NCBI GenBank assembly: GCA_024346625.1
Contig: AP024665.1
Span: 930,001 to 994,000, forward strand
From: Williopsis jadinii
Taxonomy: Eukaryota
Direction of reading: 5' to 3'
Length of the DNA: 64,000 nt
Position 1 is the first letter of the stretch. Each line of letters starts with the position of its first letter. Position numbers and translations under genes: made by a program. Positions 46,956-58,954 of the stretch are shown piece after piece. The notes below the pieces were generated by a model. The model worked only from the letters and a program-made list of their open reading frames with translations. It had not been told where the DNA came from and did not search any database.

Positions 46956-47271
46956 CGTAGCCAATTGATGTTGGTTGTGTATTCTCAGATTGGCAAAAGG
47001 AAGTATGGGGAAAACGAACAAAGTGAGAAGTCAACAGTTGTCAAATTTTTCATAGCGATGAATCACACGCCGTGGACGGTGGTCAAGTCAGCGCGTGCGG
47101 TGCGCAACGCCGTAAAATTTTCACCGGGCCGGTCCGGCAGATCCGGGGCTCACATGACATGTCACGTGGTCTTTGGGCCGGATTTTAGAAAGGCCAACTG
47201 CTATTTCATATCACCCGCTGTGGTTGACATCGTAGAATGGGAGACTGTGTGGAGAGATACGGTGGCTGGAT

Positions 47272-47529
47272 TCATGCCGTGGAGTCCTTGCTGTGGTACT
47301 CATCTATCCACATAAGTGTCTCGTGTGTCTTTCTTATGGCGCTTAGGTTTCCCAACGCCTTTTGGGTCTTGTTCTCCAACTTACTCAACGACGTGTTTAG
47401 CTCATCAATCCTCTTATCTGTGCTCTCCTTTCTCAACGCCTCAACGTACGGTTCCACTCTGACCATTCTGGTTGGTGTGCCTCTTATGTCCTTCCATTCG
47501 GGTGGCATTGATCTGTGTTGCTTACTCAT
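47272..47529 (-). CDS. Small hypothetical coiled-coil protein (85 aa)
   Basis: ATG in A-rich context (CAACAAAATG); heptad-like KRIDELNTSLSKLENKTQKAL; fills an otherwise empty gap. Confidence 0.5.
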   Translation of the reverse strand: MSKQHRSMPPEWKDIRGTPTRMVRVEPYVEALRKESTDKRIDELNTSLSKLENKTQKALGNLSAIRKTHETLMWIDEYHSKDSTA

Positions 47530-47718
47530 TTTGTTGGTTGGCCTGGGGTTGTATGATGGTATGTGAACATATTAGAAAGCTGTGATTAGAATGCCGAGGT
47601 GATATTCCGAGATTATCTTCCGAGATCATATTCCGAGCATCGCTCTTCACTACAATGGCATCTAAATCAATCACAATTAAACAGTACAACTTTTCAAACC
47701 CAATCCCTCTGGCCAACT

Positions 47719-50640
47719 TCAAATGGCATCCATGCCGTTGCTGTCGGACTTCATAATGTTGTAGTCTTCAAAGAGACCATATAAACTGGCATATTCCTCG
47801 CTTGTTAATGTACTTGCAGTGGACACCGGCGTCGTTGAAGTGGCTGAAGGTGTCAATTTGTTAAACAGTCGATCGAAATCCGCACTGTCATCTCCAAATA
47901 AATCACCAAAGGAGTAGTTCTGTATGTTATTGTGATCATCTGCACCATTGTTCTTCTTTAAGCCATCAACAGGGTCATAAAAATGGCCATTTCCAGTACC
48001 ACTAGGGTTAACGGCACTGTCGGCATTGACCAATGGACGCAATACATCATAGGGGTCATTGGCTGTCTTGGCCTTTAAATAATTCAGCTCTGCATCAATG
48101 AACCCCATGATACTGTTGCTCTTTGGTAATTCTGCTGCGGTGAATTCTTGCATGAGAGCTCCACTAACACGTCTTCTGTCATTTGCCAGTTCGACTACCT
48201 TGTGCCCTACTGCGTTGAAGTTATATGTAGGGCTCTTGAGAAGTTCATACATCAACCTGCAAAGGAATATACTTTTCTGTATGAATGCGCTATTCGTACT
48301 GATACCACGCATCAGTCTCAATAACCCTCTCATGTTTGACAAGATCTTCTTGTGGAAATCTTCAATCAACGCAGCACGTTCTGAATTGTGAGGAGCAAGT
48401 TCTCTGCACTGTGTGAGTTTAGCCAGCAATGATGTACAGAACATGAATGTCTTTCTCAGTGCATCAAATGCTGCAATCTTGATAAAAAGCTTGTATCCAG
48501 GTTCGAAGTACGTCCTTAAATTGAAGAACAGATTGAGCGACGAATTGATAATCTTCATTGCTAATGTCAAACAGTCATCAAAAGTTTCAAATATTTTCTT
48601 CTTATTGTTCACTTGATCAAAGTGATGCAGGAGTATAATCTTTAGCGACAGCAAAAGAGAATTCAACTCGTACATCTGGGCAACTTTCTTTGCTTTGACG
48701 AATGATTTTGAATCTCCGTTCAAGACCTGCTTCAAGGAAAGAGAGTTCATTGCAATGAAGGATTCAACCTCATCAATAAGACGAACAACGTGTAACGCAG
48801 TTGGGGGTCTTCTCTGCTTGAAACATGTCAAAGCTATGTGTCTATAGAGCTTTGTCTGTGCATCAACAATCTTGAAATTATCAGTAATGCACATGTCTAC
48901 TTGATCCATCCCTGGATAAATGGCTGGCAGTGATGTCGTATACGAATCTTCGTCCTGACAGAATGGTAATTTTCCAAGCATGACAGCAAATTTAGAGTCC
49001 ATCTCAAGAACGGTATGCCAGATCTTCTTCCATAGTACACGATGAGTATCTGTATTCTGATCTGGCATGATATGCATCAATGTGTCAGGATCAGAGTGCA
49101 GTCCCATACTTTGGGCCACAGAGTATAGAGCACCAAACTGTGTTTCTGTTTCAAAGTTGTCCTCGCTGTCATCGTCCAACGAACCAAAGTTCGAGTATAT
49201 CTTCAACATCAACATTAATTGGAACACTTTAACCGAATACGTCTTTCTATCCAGCTTGTAAGTATCCAGACATTTTTTGGCAATCTCTACACAGATTGGC
49301 GATATCACTAATCCTTCGAGGCCGTCAAACTCTGGTCTTTCTTGGAAATCACGGTCCTCCAGACTTAAAAAGCCTAACCTCAAGACGAGGAAGAGCAAAC
49401 CAATGGTTGCATAGTCGTATTTACCTCTGATATTAAGTTTGTGGGGTCTTTCGTTCGAGAAATTAGACGGTCCGATGATGGAATCAATATCTCTGAAGAA
49501 GACTTGTTCTGAAATCAATGGTATGAATGGATACACAATCTTGAAAAACCGAAGGGAGAGTCTCATGATAAGGTTATGCGTTGGTAACTCTTGTAATATC
49601 AGAGCATCCAAGTTGGGAGTGGCATCAAAGATTGCCTGTGTACGTTTACGTTCATCAACCTTGAGTTTTCTGCATTCTGATAGTTCTTGTAAGGCACGAG
49701 TACACGATGGTGGAACAATGGACTTCAAGGCCTCAAGAGTAGATGTATTCCCATCTTTCATGGCAGCTGCCAATGATTCCCAAAGTGATAGCCAAACAAG
49801 TTTCAAATGGGGATCTCTTTTCATCACTGCAAGCGTAGAGAATCCACCATGGAACTCAAGTCTCGATTTGATCAACACAAATGGTATATCATCGATACAA
49901 TGAACAATGGCATCTGGATCGAATCCATATAGCGGCCCTCTAGAAGGATCTGAATCCAAAGTCGTGGGCGGATACACAACATCTTTCGCAGTCTGCTGAA
50001 TTAAAGGTGTTGATGTACCACCAGAAGTTGCTAGCTCATGTACTGCGAGGGATGCTTCGATGTGTTTCACTCTGGCGCTAAGTTCCTCGTAGCTTGGAGT
50101 TGATCCGTTGAATAAATCATGGTGCTGATGCTGAGGCTCATGTCGGTGTTGTTGATTCATTTGTAGCATGACACTTTCATGAGACTGTTGAGAACCCATG
50201 TGTTGTTGCTGAAGTGGCCTTTGCTGTAGCACTTGGTGTTGGTGCTGACGTTGGTTTTCGTGATGTACATGGGCTTTTTCCTGCTCTTGTTGTTGTTGTT
50301 GCTGCTGCTGCTGCTGCTGTTGTTGTTGTTGAGGTTGCTGAGCCACTTGGGCAGCGTGATCCTCTATTGGAGTGACTCGTTTCGCATGCTTCCACAGGTC
50401 CTTTGAGTTGACCCAGTGGGGCTCCTCGTAGTGACACAGGTGGTTAACACCGCTCTTAGTGCACCCGCCACACACAGGTCTTTGTTTATCACACTAGTCC
50501 AACAGTTAGTCATCATAGACTACATATATCTTAAGAGACAAAACACGTACCTTAATCTTTCTCTTCCTGCAGACGGCACATGAGGTTGGAACCCTCATGC
50601 GCTTTCTACTCTTCTGATCTCCAGGTATTGGGACATCCAT
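47719..50640 (-). CDS. Zn2Cys6 transcription factor, Hap1/Mrr1-like; exons 50640-50551 and 50493-47719, 954 aa
   Basis: Join reads RKRMRVPTSCAVCRKRKIK|CDKQRPVCGGCTKSGVNHLCHY; 57-nt intron GTACGT...GACTAAC...TAG; polyQ; fungal TF middle region (MGLHSDP...LWKKIW). Confidence 0.9.
50287..50330. repeat. CAA/CAG trinucleotide tract encoding polyQ
   Basis: (TGT)n(GCT)n(TGT)n on + strand, reading QQQ... on the - strand. Confidence 0.85.
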
Positions 50641-51122
50641 CGCTGAGCTTGAACTTACTCTGCTGTTTACCTTTCTTCCGCTTTCTCTAGAGAGTGTAAA
50701 GACTCGGAGCTTTCTTGACAGGTTTGATGGGCCTCTCAAGCGATGATGTTGATGATGAAATAGAAGATATTTCTCTCTGCCTTTCCAAAAGTCGACAATG
50801 CGGATGAGCAATGGACTTTAAAGGCTAATTCAACTAAAACACACACAGACTCCCTGTAGCAGCGATTAGAGATGCTCTTGTAGAGCAAAATCACAAGATA
50901 TAGAGAGCAAAACAAAACAGACATCACGAAGGGTTTTTTCGGAGATGCCGGACGTCCCGTGGTCCGTCGTTATCTCCCCAAAGTCCGCCAGTGCGCCCCG
51001 TTGTTAATGAGCGTGAACAAAAGAGCCAACTACACGATACACTGTCCTAATTGTTATAAAAGTTCACCCAAATTATATAGAAACACCCATGTATATAGTA
51101 CAGTGGATAATACATATGCTTA

Positions 51123-54100
51123 TCACGTGAACCATCCGCCGTTCATCATCGAGGAAAAGTCCATATTGCCTGCGTAGTCATTCGGATTGAAATTCAACGG
51201 GTTGATGTCTGCATTTGAGGTGGATGGTGCACCACCATTTGTAGTAGTCGATCCAGGAGCTGGCATTGAGGCGCTATTGCTCATCAACATATCAAAGATA
51301 TCGCCAATAGACTTATCGCCATCCATGAAACCCGGCTGTAACATCGTCTCTGTGAAATCCGGCATCTCGAGGTCCACGCCATTGAGACTCGGAAATGCCG
51401 TGACTGAACTCTTTGTTGGTTTCATGACATCCATTGGAGATGTTCCAGCTTGAGGGGTAGCTGCGATAGAGCTGAGAGCCTCTGGAGATTCTACCTTGGT
51501 ACCTGAAAGCGATGCTCTGGTTCTTGGCGTCTTCATATCAGCTGGTGAACTCTCATTAGACTGCTGAGCAACTGTAGACCTTGTGGCACTTGTCTCTGGA
51601 CTATACATTGGACACTTCTTGAACTGTTGTTCATCGGAGCTGAGAACCAATGGGACGGAGTTCAACATGTTAGACACCTCTCCTGTATCGTTCTCGACAT
51701 CTTGAAGGTTATCAGTCTTCACCATGCTCTTAACAACGTTAGTTGGCTTTCTTAGCAGGATAATAAAGAATCCAACAGCCTTAGCCATTCTCCAACTATA
51801 CGCATACTTGTCCCCCAGCTTTTGCGCCAAATCGTGAAACTTGTCCATATGTCCGAGCAAAATCGTAGCTAAGGTCTCACCCGAATTAACATCAACGTGA
51901 AATGCAGATGAATATTGCTCAGATTCGTCTTTGATCTCAATATGATCAAGGTCATGGTTTCTATGATGGTAATTTGTTGGTAAAATACCAGATGTTGAAC
52001 CTGTACGGGTTATTTGAGACCCTTCATTGATATAAGCGGGTTTCATGAATGGTCCACATCTAGACCTGAGAATCAAAGACACCATGAACTGCATCGAACG
52101 ATGGCCAATCGTCAACAGTTGAGGTGCTAATATCAAATCAGCACCAGGACCAAAGTAATCTAGACCACAGTCGAAGAACAACGTGCAATTTCTGTATCCT
52201 TCCAAGGCACAATTCAAAGCTTTCTGTGCGTAAGTCTTTGCAATATTAGCAATCTTGGGATCCATGGACCCTCTGGGTTCAAAATGCACGTAGAGAATAT
52301 AGTTTAGAAGATAGATCAACATGTTAACAGTGACATGAGCTCTCATTTGAATAGCTCGAGTGCCTGATGAATATAATGGTTCATCCCTTGATCTATTCAC
52401 TAAGATCTTACCAAGTTGTGGGAGAGCGTTTTTGTCGTTGCTGACGCCAAAACCACTGATGCTGTTCTGAAGCTCATTGATAAGTAAGTCAACGTGAAAT
52501 CTCTTTGCAGGTTTGTGTACATTGAGTAATACATCCATTGTCCGTGATAAGATATCGTCCAGTTTAGCCTGTGCATGGATGTTCTTAATGACGGTCAATT
52601 CTTTGAAGTCATTATCGGCAATACTCTCTTCACATGGTAGCATCGTATCACTGAACTCCTGATAATTTTGCAGTACTCGTGGACACCCCAAATTTACACT
52701 CTGAGAAACATCGAGTGATATTAGGGTGTACCATACTTTTCTCCAAAGGTGTCTCTGTCTCTCATCCCCAAAGTTTTCAAAGTTTTGGGGATCACGGTGC
52801 AAACCTATACCCATTGCCATTTGTATAAGCATACCTAAGAATATTTGTGAGTCTGCGCCGTCTGCTCCATCACCATCTTCAGGTGAGTACATGAAGTACA
52901 TCCTCAAGAACAACGAGCACTGGACGATCTTCAACGAAGATTTGCGCATCAACTTGAGGTTTGAGAAACAGTGTTTGACACAATCGATAAGCTCTAGAGG
53001 CACTTCATTCTCCTTCTTTTGCATCAGATCAACCTTCTTGGGATCATCATAATAAGTCTTTGTGTTGACAGATTTCCCAAGGAGCTTGTTAGAGTTGTTC
53101 ATTGGTAAAGTGTTCCAAACAAGTCTCAAGATGATACAAACCGTCCCGATGAGTGCAAAATCGACACCGTGTCTGATCTTGATCTTGATATCCTGTTCTT
53201 CGTCGTCAGGACCTCCCATTATCAGCGTCACCTCTTCCCTGAATTCCTTTTCATCAACGTATGGCAAATAAACGTACAACACTTCAAAGTATCTCTCGAT
53301 AAACAACCACAGGATCTTCTTCTTTGGCAGATACTTCTGCATCATGGTTACTGGGTCGCTCTTGAAATCTTCCGGTGACACTTTCCTCGTCTCTGATTTG
53401 GAACTGTCGTTTGAATTACTCCTCGTAGATTTACGATGCTTGTGGTGATGTTCAGAATTCGAGTCCAAACTATTGAGAAAGCTGTTATCGCCAATCATGA
53501 GCGGGCAAACGCGTTCCTCCTCATCGTCTTCTTCTTGATCAGTCACTATCCCGTTGTCAGCCTGCTCATTACAGCCATCGCGTGTACTTTGGTTGTTGTT
53601 GTCACCTTGAAGATTGGCGCTGCGGGAAACAGGACACTTAGCCGCTGGCGCTGTTTTCCCAGACACTGGACATGCAAGCGGTGTAGTATCCACTTCTGGT
53701 TGTTTTGATGTTGATGGTTTCATACGATGGGCTGGACATGTTGCCGCTTCTGTTGCAAGCTCTTTCAAAGGTCTAGCGCGTGCCACGGGACATTCGCCCC
53801 TCGGTAGCACCAGAATGGGTTGTTCCACATTAGCTGGCACCACCGTCCCAGTTCCAGTGACCTGTGCAACTTGATGCTGTTGTATGTGTCTCCTATGCTT
53901 GTACTCTTCAACCTGTTTACGCACTTTGAATATGTGCGCCCATAAAACACGCAGGTATGGATCACCTTTCATGATAGCCAGCCAAGAGGTCGCACCTAGG
54001 TGGGTTGTCGTTGTGGATTTGATGTGCAACATATCGAACTTCTTTGCCAAATTAAGTGGCTCATTTCCTGGGCCGTCAGAGTCTGACAACGTCTCTTGTT

Positions 54101-54440
54101 CATTAGCACCGGTACCGCCGAGATCATCTTCAGCACAACGTTGATCGTTCAACTGGGCCTCCAATTCCTGTATTTTCTCCTTCAACTTTTCCATCTCTTC
54201 CAGTGCTTCAGGGTGTAGCTCGTCATTGGAGAGCGGTTGAGCCCAAGGAGGGTCTATGTAATGGCATAGGTGAGCCACGCCAGTCTTCTCGCAGGCAGTA
54301 CAGATGGGCCTCTTTTTGTCACATTTCACCTTCCGTCTCCGACAGATCGTACAAGATATCGGTACCCTGTTTCTCTTTCTTGAAGCAACAGCGGTCGACA
54401 CCGATGCCTTTCTCTTCTTATCCTCGCGTTTCGTGTTCAT
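51123..54440 (-). CDS. HAP1: Heme-responsive Zn2Cys6 transcription factor Hap1
   Basis: RKRNRVPISCTICRRRKVKCDK...GVAHLCHY DNA-binding domain; HLGATSWLAIMKGDPYL; CP heme-regulatory-like motifs (ECPV, TCPA, ACPV, KCPV, VCPL, KCPM). Confidence 0.88.
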   Translation of the reverse strand: MNTKREDKKRKASVSTAVASRKRNRVPISCTICRRRKVKCDKKRPICTACEKTGVAHLCHYIDPPWAQPLSNDELHPEALEEMEKLKEKIQELEAQLNDQRCAEDDLGGTGANEQETLSDSDGPGNEPLNLAKKFDMLHIKSTTTTHLGATSWLAIMKGDPYLRVLWAHIFKVRKQVEEYKHRRHIQQHQVAQVTGTGTVVPANVEQPILVLPRGECPVARARPLKELATEAATCPAHRMKPSTSKQPEVDTTPLACPVSGKTAPAAKCPVSRSANLQGDNNNQSTRDGCNEQADNGIVTDQEEDDEEERVCPLMIGDNSFLNSLDSNSEHHHKHRKSTRSNSNDSSKSETRKVSPEDFKSDPVTMMQKYLPKKKILWLFIERYFEVLYVYLPYVDEKEFREEVTLIMGGPDDEEQDIKIKIRHGVDFALIGTVCIILRLVWNTLPMNNSNKLLGKSVNTKTYYDDPKKVDLMQKKENEVPLELIDCVKHCFSNLKLMRKSSLKIVQCSLFLRMYFMYSPEDGDGADGADSQIFLGMLIQMAMGIGLHRDPQNFENFGDERQRHLWRKVWYTLISLDVSQSVNLGCPRVLQNYQEFSDTMLPCEESIADNDFKELTVIKNIHAQAKLDDILSRTMDVLLNVHKPAKRFHVDLLINELQNSISGFGVSNDKNALPQLGKILVNRSRDEPLYSSGTRAIQMRAHVTVNMLIYLLNYILYVHFEPRGSMDPKIANIAKTYAQKALNCALEGYRNCTLFFDCGLDYFGPGADLILAPQLLTIGHRSMQFMVSLILRSRCGPFMKPAYINEGSQITRTGSTSGILPTNYHHRNHDLDHIEIKDESEQYSSAFHVDVNSGETLATILLGHMDKFHDLAQKLGDKYAYSWRMAKAVGFFIILLRKPTNVVKSMVKTDNLQDVENDTGEVSNMLNSVPLVLSSDEQQFKKCPMYSPETSATRSTVAQQSNESSPADMKTPRTRASLSGTKVESPEALSSIAATPQAGTSPMDVMKPTKSSVTAFPSLNGVDLEMPDFTETMLQPGFMDGDKSIGDIFDMLMSNSASMPAPGSTTTNGGAPSTSNADINPLNFNPNDYAGNMDFSSMMNGGWFT

Positions 54441-55153
54441 CCTCTAACAGGCCGGAATGGAATCTGGGTTTGTCAGCAACAGACACTAGTGGTGGCCTCA
54501 GGTCCCCAAAAAAATTTACGCTGTTTCCGGATAACGTCCTCTTATTTCTTCTCTCTGTGCGCTGGAGGTAAAATATCTGTATCTGTCGACGTAGATATCG
54601 TACTCCTCTCACTCGTAATAACTCCTCAAATAGAAGTCCTCGCTCTTGTTTGAAGTTTATGTTTAAGATTGGAAGTTGAATAGAAAGTTTCGGGTATTTC
54701 AAAGTGGAGAGAGAGATCGTGGAACGGCTTTTGTTTTTCTTTTCCCTCTCTCTCTTGTGTGTGTAAGAGAGCTGCTGGACTGCAGTATAAGAGGAATGGA
54801 GTTTTTCCTGTCCAAATAAACAGTTAGGCAAAAACTCTGGACAGAAAGGCGAAAAAATTCCACCCACATACGCAGGCAGACGCACAAGCACTGGACGCTA
54901 TAAAAACCACAAATTTCTCCCTCCCTTATTTGGGTCGAAATGGTTTTTTCAGGTTTCTTTGACGCACGAGATGCGTTAAAAAAATTGTAGAAAGAGGCTG
55001 TACCCGAAAACAGGAGGCACAATCTATTTACAATGGCGTTTGTCCTTACTTTCTTTGCCTCTCTTTATCAATAAAGTTTACTTTCAGTTCATGCGATTAT
55101 CTGCCTGTTAGTACAACCACGACAAGTGTACGAGGTCCTCTTTGGGCAATTAG

Positions 55154-55170
55154 TGTGTGTGTGTGTGTGT
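55154..55170. repeat. (GT)n microsatellite
   Basis: gtgtgtgtgtgtgtgtg seen directly. Confidence 0.9.
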
Positions 55171-56147
55171 GGTTTTTTGGCGATAAACTGATTGGCATTC
55201 TCCACGATTATATCCTTGGTTTCTGCGAAGACATGTTGTTCTGTTAATCTGCCTCTGGACTAGCGTAGTTTGCACATACTGTCAAGAGAAGTTCCAAGAG
55301 TATTGTCTACAAGGAGCACAGGTCCACACACTCACCGAAGGTCTTGAAGGCGTGCGTTTTGTACACCCGGTTGTCTCTCTGGAGGGGCTACTCATCTACA
55401 AACAGAGCATTGAATATGAAACTCAAAGAGGAAACAAGTGACTGGCGCTTGGGTGGCAGGTTTTATCGCTGGAAAGGCTAGCGGTAAATTTAGAATCACC
55501 TGTTACAAGCATCTAAACAAGGGGGAAGGGGTAAAGCTTCTGCTAAGGAATTTCGTCGCTTTCCCCCGATAAAGTACGTAAACCTGTAGAACGGTGTTTT
55601 AACCGTGGTCTTAGCAGTTAAGAGCCTGGTTCAGCTCATCGCACTTATATCCGGATTGGGCCCTTATTGTTCCGGCGGAAACACCCGACTTTTTCATGCT
55701 TTTGTGACATCTTTTGCGAAGGGGAGCTGATAGCCGTTACATCATCGAAAGCGTGGGCGGTTGGCACATTGCAATTTCGCAAAGCGAAAGCGCTCCATGC
55801 ACCGATATCTCCACATGCGTACTTGAAGTGAAAGAGCACTCATCAACAACGGCAATTACAGCATGGGTTGAAGTCGTACCAGTGCCGGTTTTACAGTTTC
55901 CAGCCAGCTAGGATTAAACTCCACGTTTAGAGTCTTACATATGTGGTTTAGCAAACGCGGCAGCTTGTAATAGCATCTGCTACGTATAGATTTGTGATAT
56001 ATCGTGTCATCGTAACTGTCAAAAACTTCGTAAATTAAATACGCTATATACAAGAGATCAAAATGCACACCAATAACAAGAGCTAGAGATGGAGATTGTA
56101 GAATATGATGTCATCAAGTACATCAAAGGAGGTCGAATATTATTACT

Positions 56148-58954
56148 TCAAAAGTGTATGCCGTATTCAGCTGCACTCTGTTTGAGAAGGTACTCTTCTA
56201 TGTCATATCCAGAGAAGAACTCGTTCAAAACGGCACTTGCTTCAACGTCAGCATCCACTGACGCTCCGTTTGTAATCTCATTGCCTTCGTATATAGAAGA
56301 AGCATACCCCGAGTTCAGAGCTGTTTGTGCTGGGAAACGTCTATCATCCTCGAAAACATAGTCATTTCGTCCGTCGTTCGCAATGTCTTGCATAACCTGT
56401 TTCAGCCAGCGACCATTGTCTTCAAACCCAATGGTACCATCAAGTGGAGAGTTCGATAAGGACCCTATAAGGTCAATCTCCTGGAAGGCTTGTAATGTCT
56501 GCCGAATTCGCTCCAGGTGTGACGTGGTAAACCTGAAAAACACATCATCGTCGCCAATGGACTTGAACGAGTCTAAAAGGTGTTCATCAAGAGGCGAAGC
56601 ATTTCCAATTGCACCGCTGGGTGTCCTTAACAGCCTTGAGACGATGAATGAGTGTGCTTTACTCACAACCCAAGCATGATAATATGTACCTGAAATCGTC
56701 TTGTAAACGTGAAGAACATGTCTCGTAGATGCTTCAGCAATTGCCAATATCTGGTCCATTATTTGTATTTTCTGGCTTTCTATCTGAGTACAGCATAACT
56801 TGAAAACTTTAACCCTTGCTATGATGCTAAAAAACAGTTGGTCCAACCTATGGAAACAACTCTCAAACCTTGGTATAATGACAGCAGGGCAACCGAAATG
56901 TCTTTGAAGATCAAATTCTGTATTCTTCTTGTCAAAAAATAGTACAATAGGATATAACAGGGAGCCTACCCTGAGTATTTCACAGCAATAATGGGCTGAT
57001 TGTTCCACATCCATTTTTGAACAATAGTGCAGAAAGATATGATAGTACAGTATTCCTAACAAGGATACGCAATCCATATACTGAACCATGGATCTGTAGT
57101 TTAAAGCCCTTTGCGCCACTGTGTCACAGGGCCTTGCTAATATCTGGTAGACATCTGGCAATCCCACTATGTACTCCTCCAGGGGCCGTAACTCCCTTTT
57201 CAATTCAAAGAGTTTCAGGGGCTTTCTTAGATTCAGGGCTTCATTAAGAAGGGAGTATAACAAATCGGATAGTTTGCTGTAATCACAAAACGATTTGTCA
57301 AGTGAAAACTCATCTGGTGTTGAGGATTCATCCAAGTGTGGAAGGTCTGTATCATACATGTTTTTGTCGATCAACGGGTGTCCTCCAACAACTGTGAGTT
57401 GGTACACATCAAGTTGCATAACCATAAGCCACAGTCGACGCAGAAAGTTGTTTGGTGAATTTGTAGCAAAGGGTGTCTTTGTGGGATCTCTGTTGATTGA
57501 GCACTGAATAGCATGATGCAACAGTTGACCCAATTTCCCCGGTGTTATCGCAGTAACACAGTCAGCCTCCTCTGGTGATATCAGCTCATACCATCTTTTG
57601 AGTAAAGTGAGCTGAAACGCTTCAAGGGTAACCTCTTTCAGCTTCTCGGTTTCTTCAATACACTTTTCGACTGCAGTATTCACATCTTTGGATATTGGAT
57701 TTGTAACCATATGTTTTTGATCATCTGTCCATTGAGATTCCGGTCCAAACACAGGATTATCCAAGTTGAACAATGATAGAGATGCGAAACGCATAACAAG
57801 AAGGACTATTCCAGCTGTGGAGCACTGTTGTCGTCTTGTAAAATTGATGGTTGCTGTTGGGTCGTTTCGACCGCCAATCAAATTTGCCACATCCTCCTCA
57901 AACACTTCCCTTAGCAAAACAGGGTAAACCAACGCTAATTCGGAATCAAAGAATCGATCAACTAACAACCAAACCAGTCTTCGATCCTTCAAGTAGCTTG
58001 AAACCAACGTCACAATGGGCATATCATGTGGATTCCTCAACGGTATTTTCTCCGAACCGGCATCAACTTGTGAACAGAGCACTTTACTAAACTCATACGC
58101 CTTGGTGTCATGTTGGCACTCTTGTAAAATCGTCTTTTTGTTTCTTATTGACAAGGTGATTGAGTTTAAGAACTTGTCCTTTCTTAACAGAGATACCCAT
58201 GTTAACGAGCCCTTGTAGCTCATTCCTGGAGCTGGGAAGGAATCCCTATGGAAGTCCACTATTTCGTACTCACTCTCGGGCATAATCCCAAAGGCAGCGC
58301 TACCATTCCGCTGTTCATTTGGTGATGTCTCTGCCAAAGTCGTTCCTGACGACGAACTTAACGAGTCACGGTCAGATTTCAACCTCAATGTCGACTCCAG
58401 CAGCTGGATACGGTTGTTGATCTGTTTCAACCCATTGGCATAGTCGGATTTCGATCTCGACGAGGCATAACTTGCAGGCGTCGTGTCCATGAAAACCCTA
58501 TCGGGCTTGAACTTGTTTATCGATGTGCTTCCTCCATTTGGAGGCACATTGGTGCCCTCAAGCAACCCACCAAGACCTGTATGCATCCCATTGCTCACCT
58601 GGATATCCCAGCTGGCGCTACCATATTGACAAGCATTAGGGTTCTTTCTCTTTTTACAAGCGCTGCAAATAGGTCGAGCTTGGTCGCACTATACGTCTGG
58701 TTAGTAATCTCCAGCGGCAGGCGCTTCATTACCCTGAATGACAACAACAACAACAAACAAACAAACAAACAAACAAAATTACATAATGTAATTAAACGTT
58801 ACCACACTGCGGTGAGGAAATTCCCGTTGCGGTCCGTCGTTTGTACTTGTCGGGGTGATTTCATACATGCCTTTGTTTTCTTCTGACGACAAACAAAACA
58901 GCTACGCTGTATCCGCACACGCTTCCTATCGTTCTCCTTTTCCAGTGGATCCAT
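56148..58954 (-). CDS. Zn2Cys6 transcription factor, divergent Hap1/Mrr1-family paralog; exons 58954-58871 and 58688-56148, 874 aa
   Basis: Join reads RVRIQRSCFVCRQKKTK|CDQARPICSACKKRKNPNACQY through a 182-nt GC-AG intron (GCATGT...TACTAAC...TAG); YKGSLTWVSLLRKDKFL resembles the Hap1 motif. Confidence 0.85.

Noticed and set aside
47123..47136. CCGGGCCGGTCCGG upstream of ILV6 as a Leu3 site
   Set aside because: Spacing is CCG-N3-CGG rather than the Leu3 CCG-N4-CGG; not supportable.
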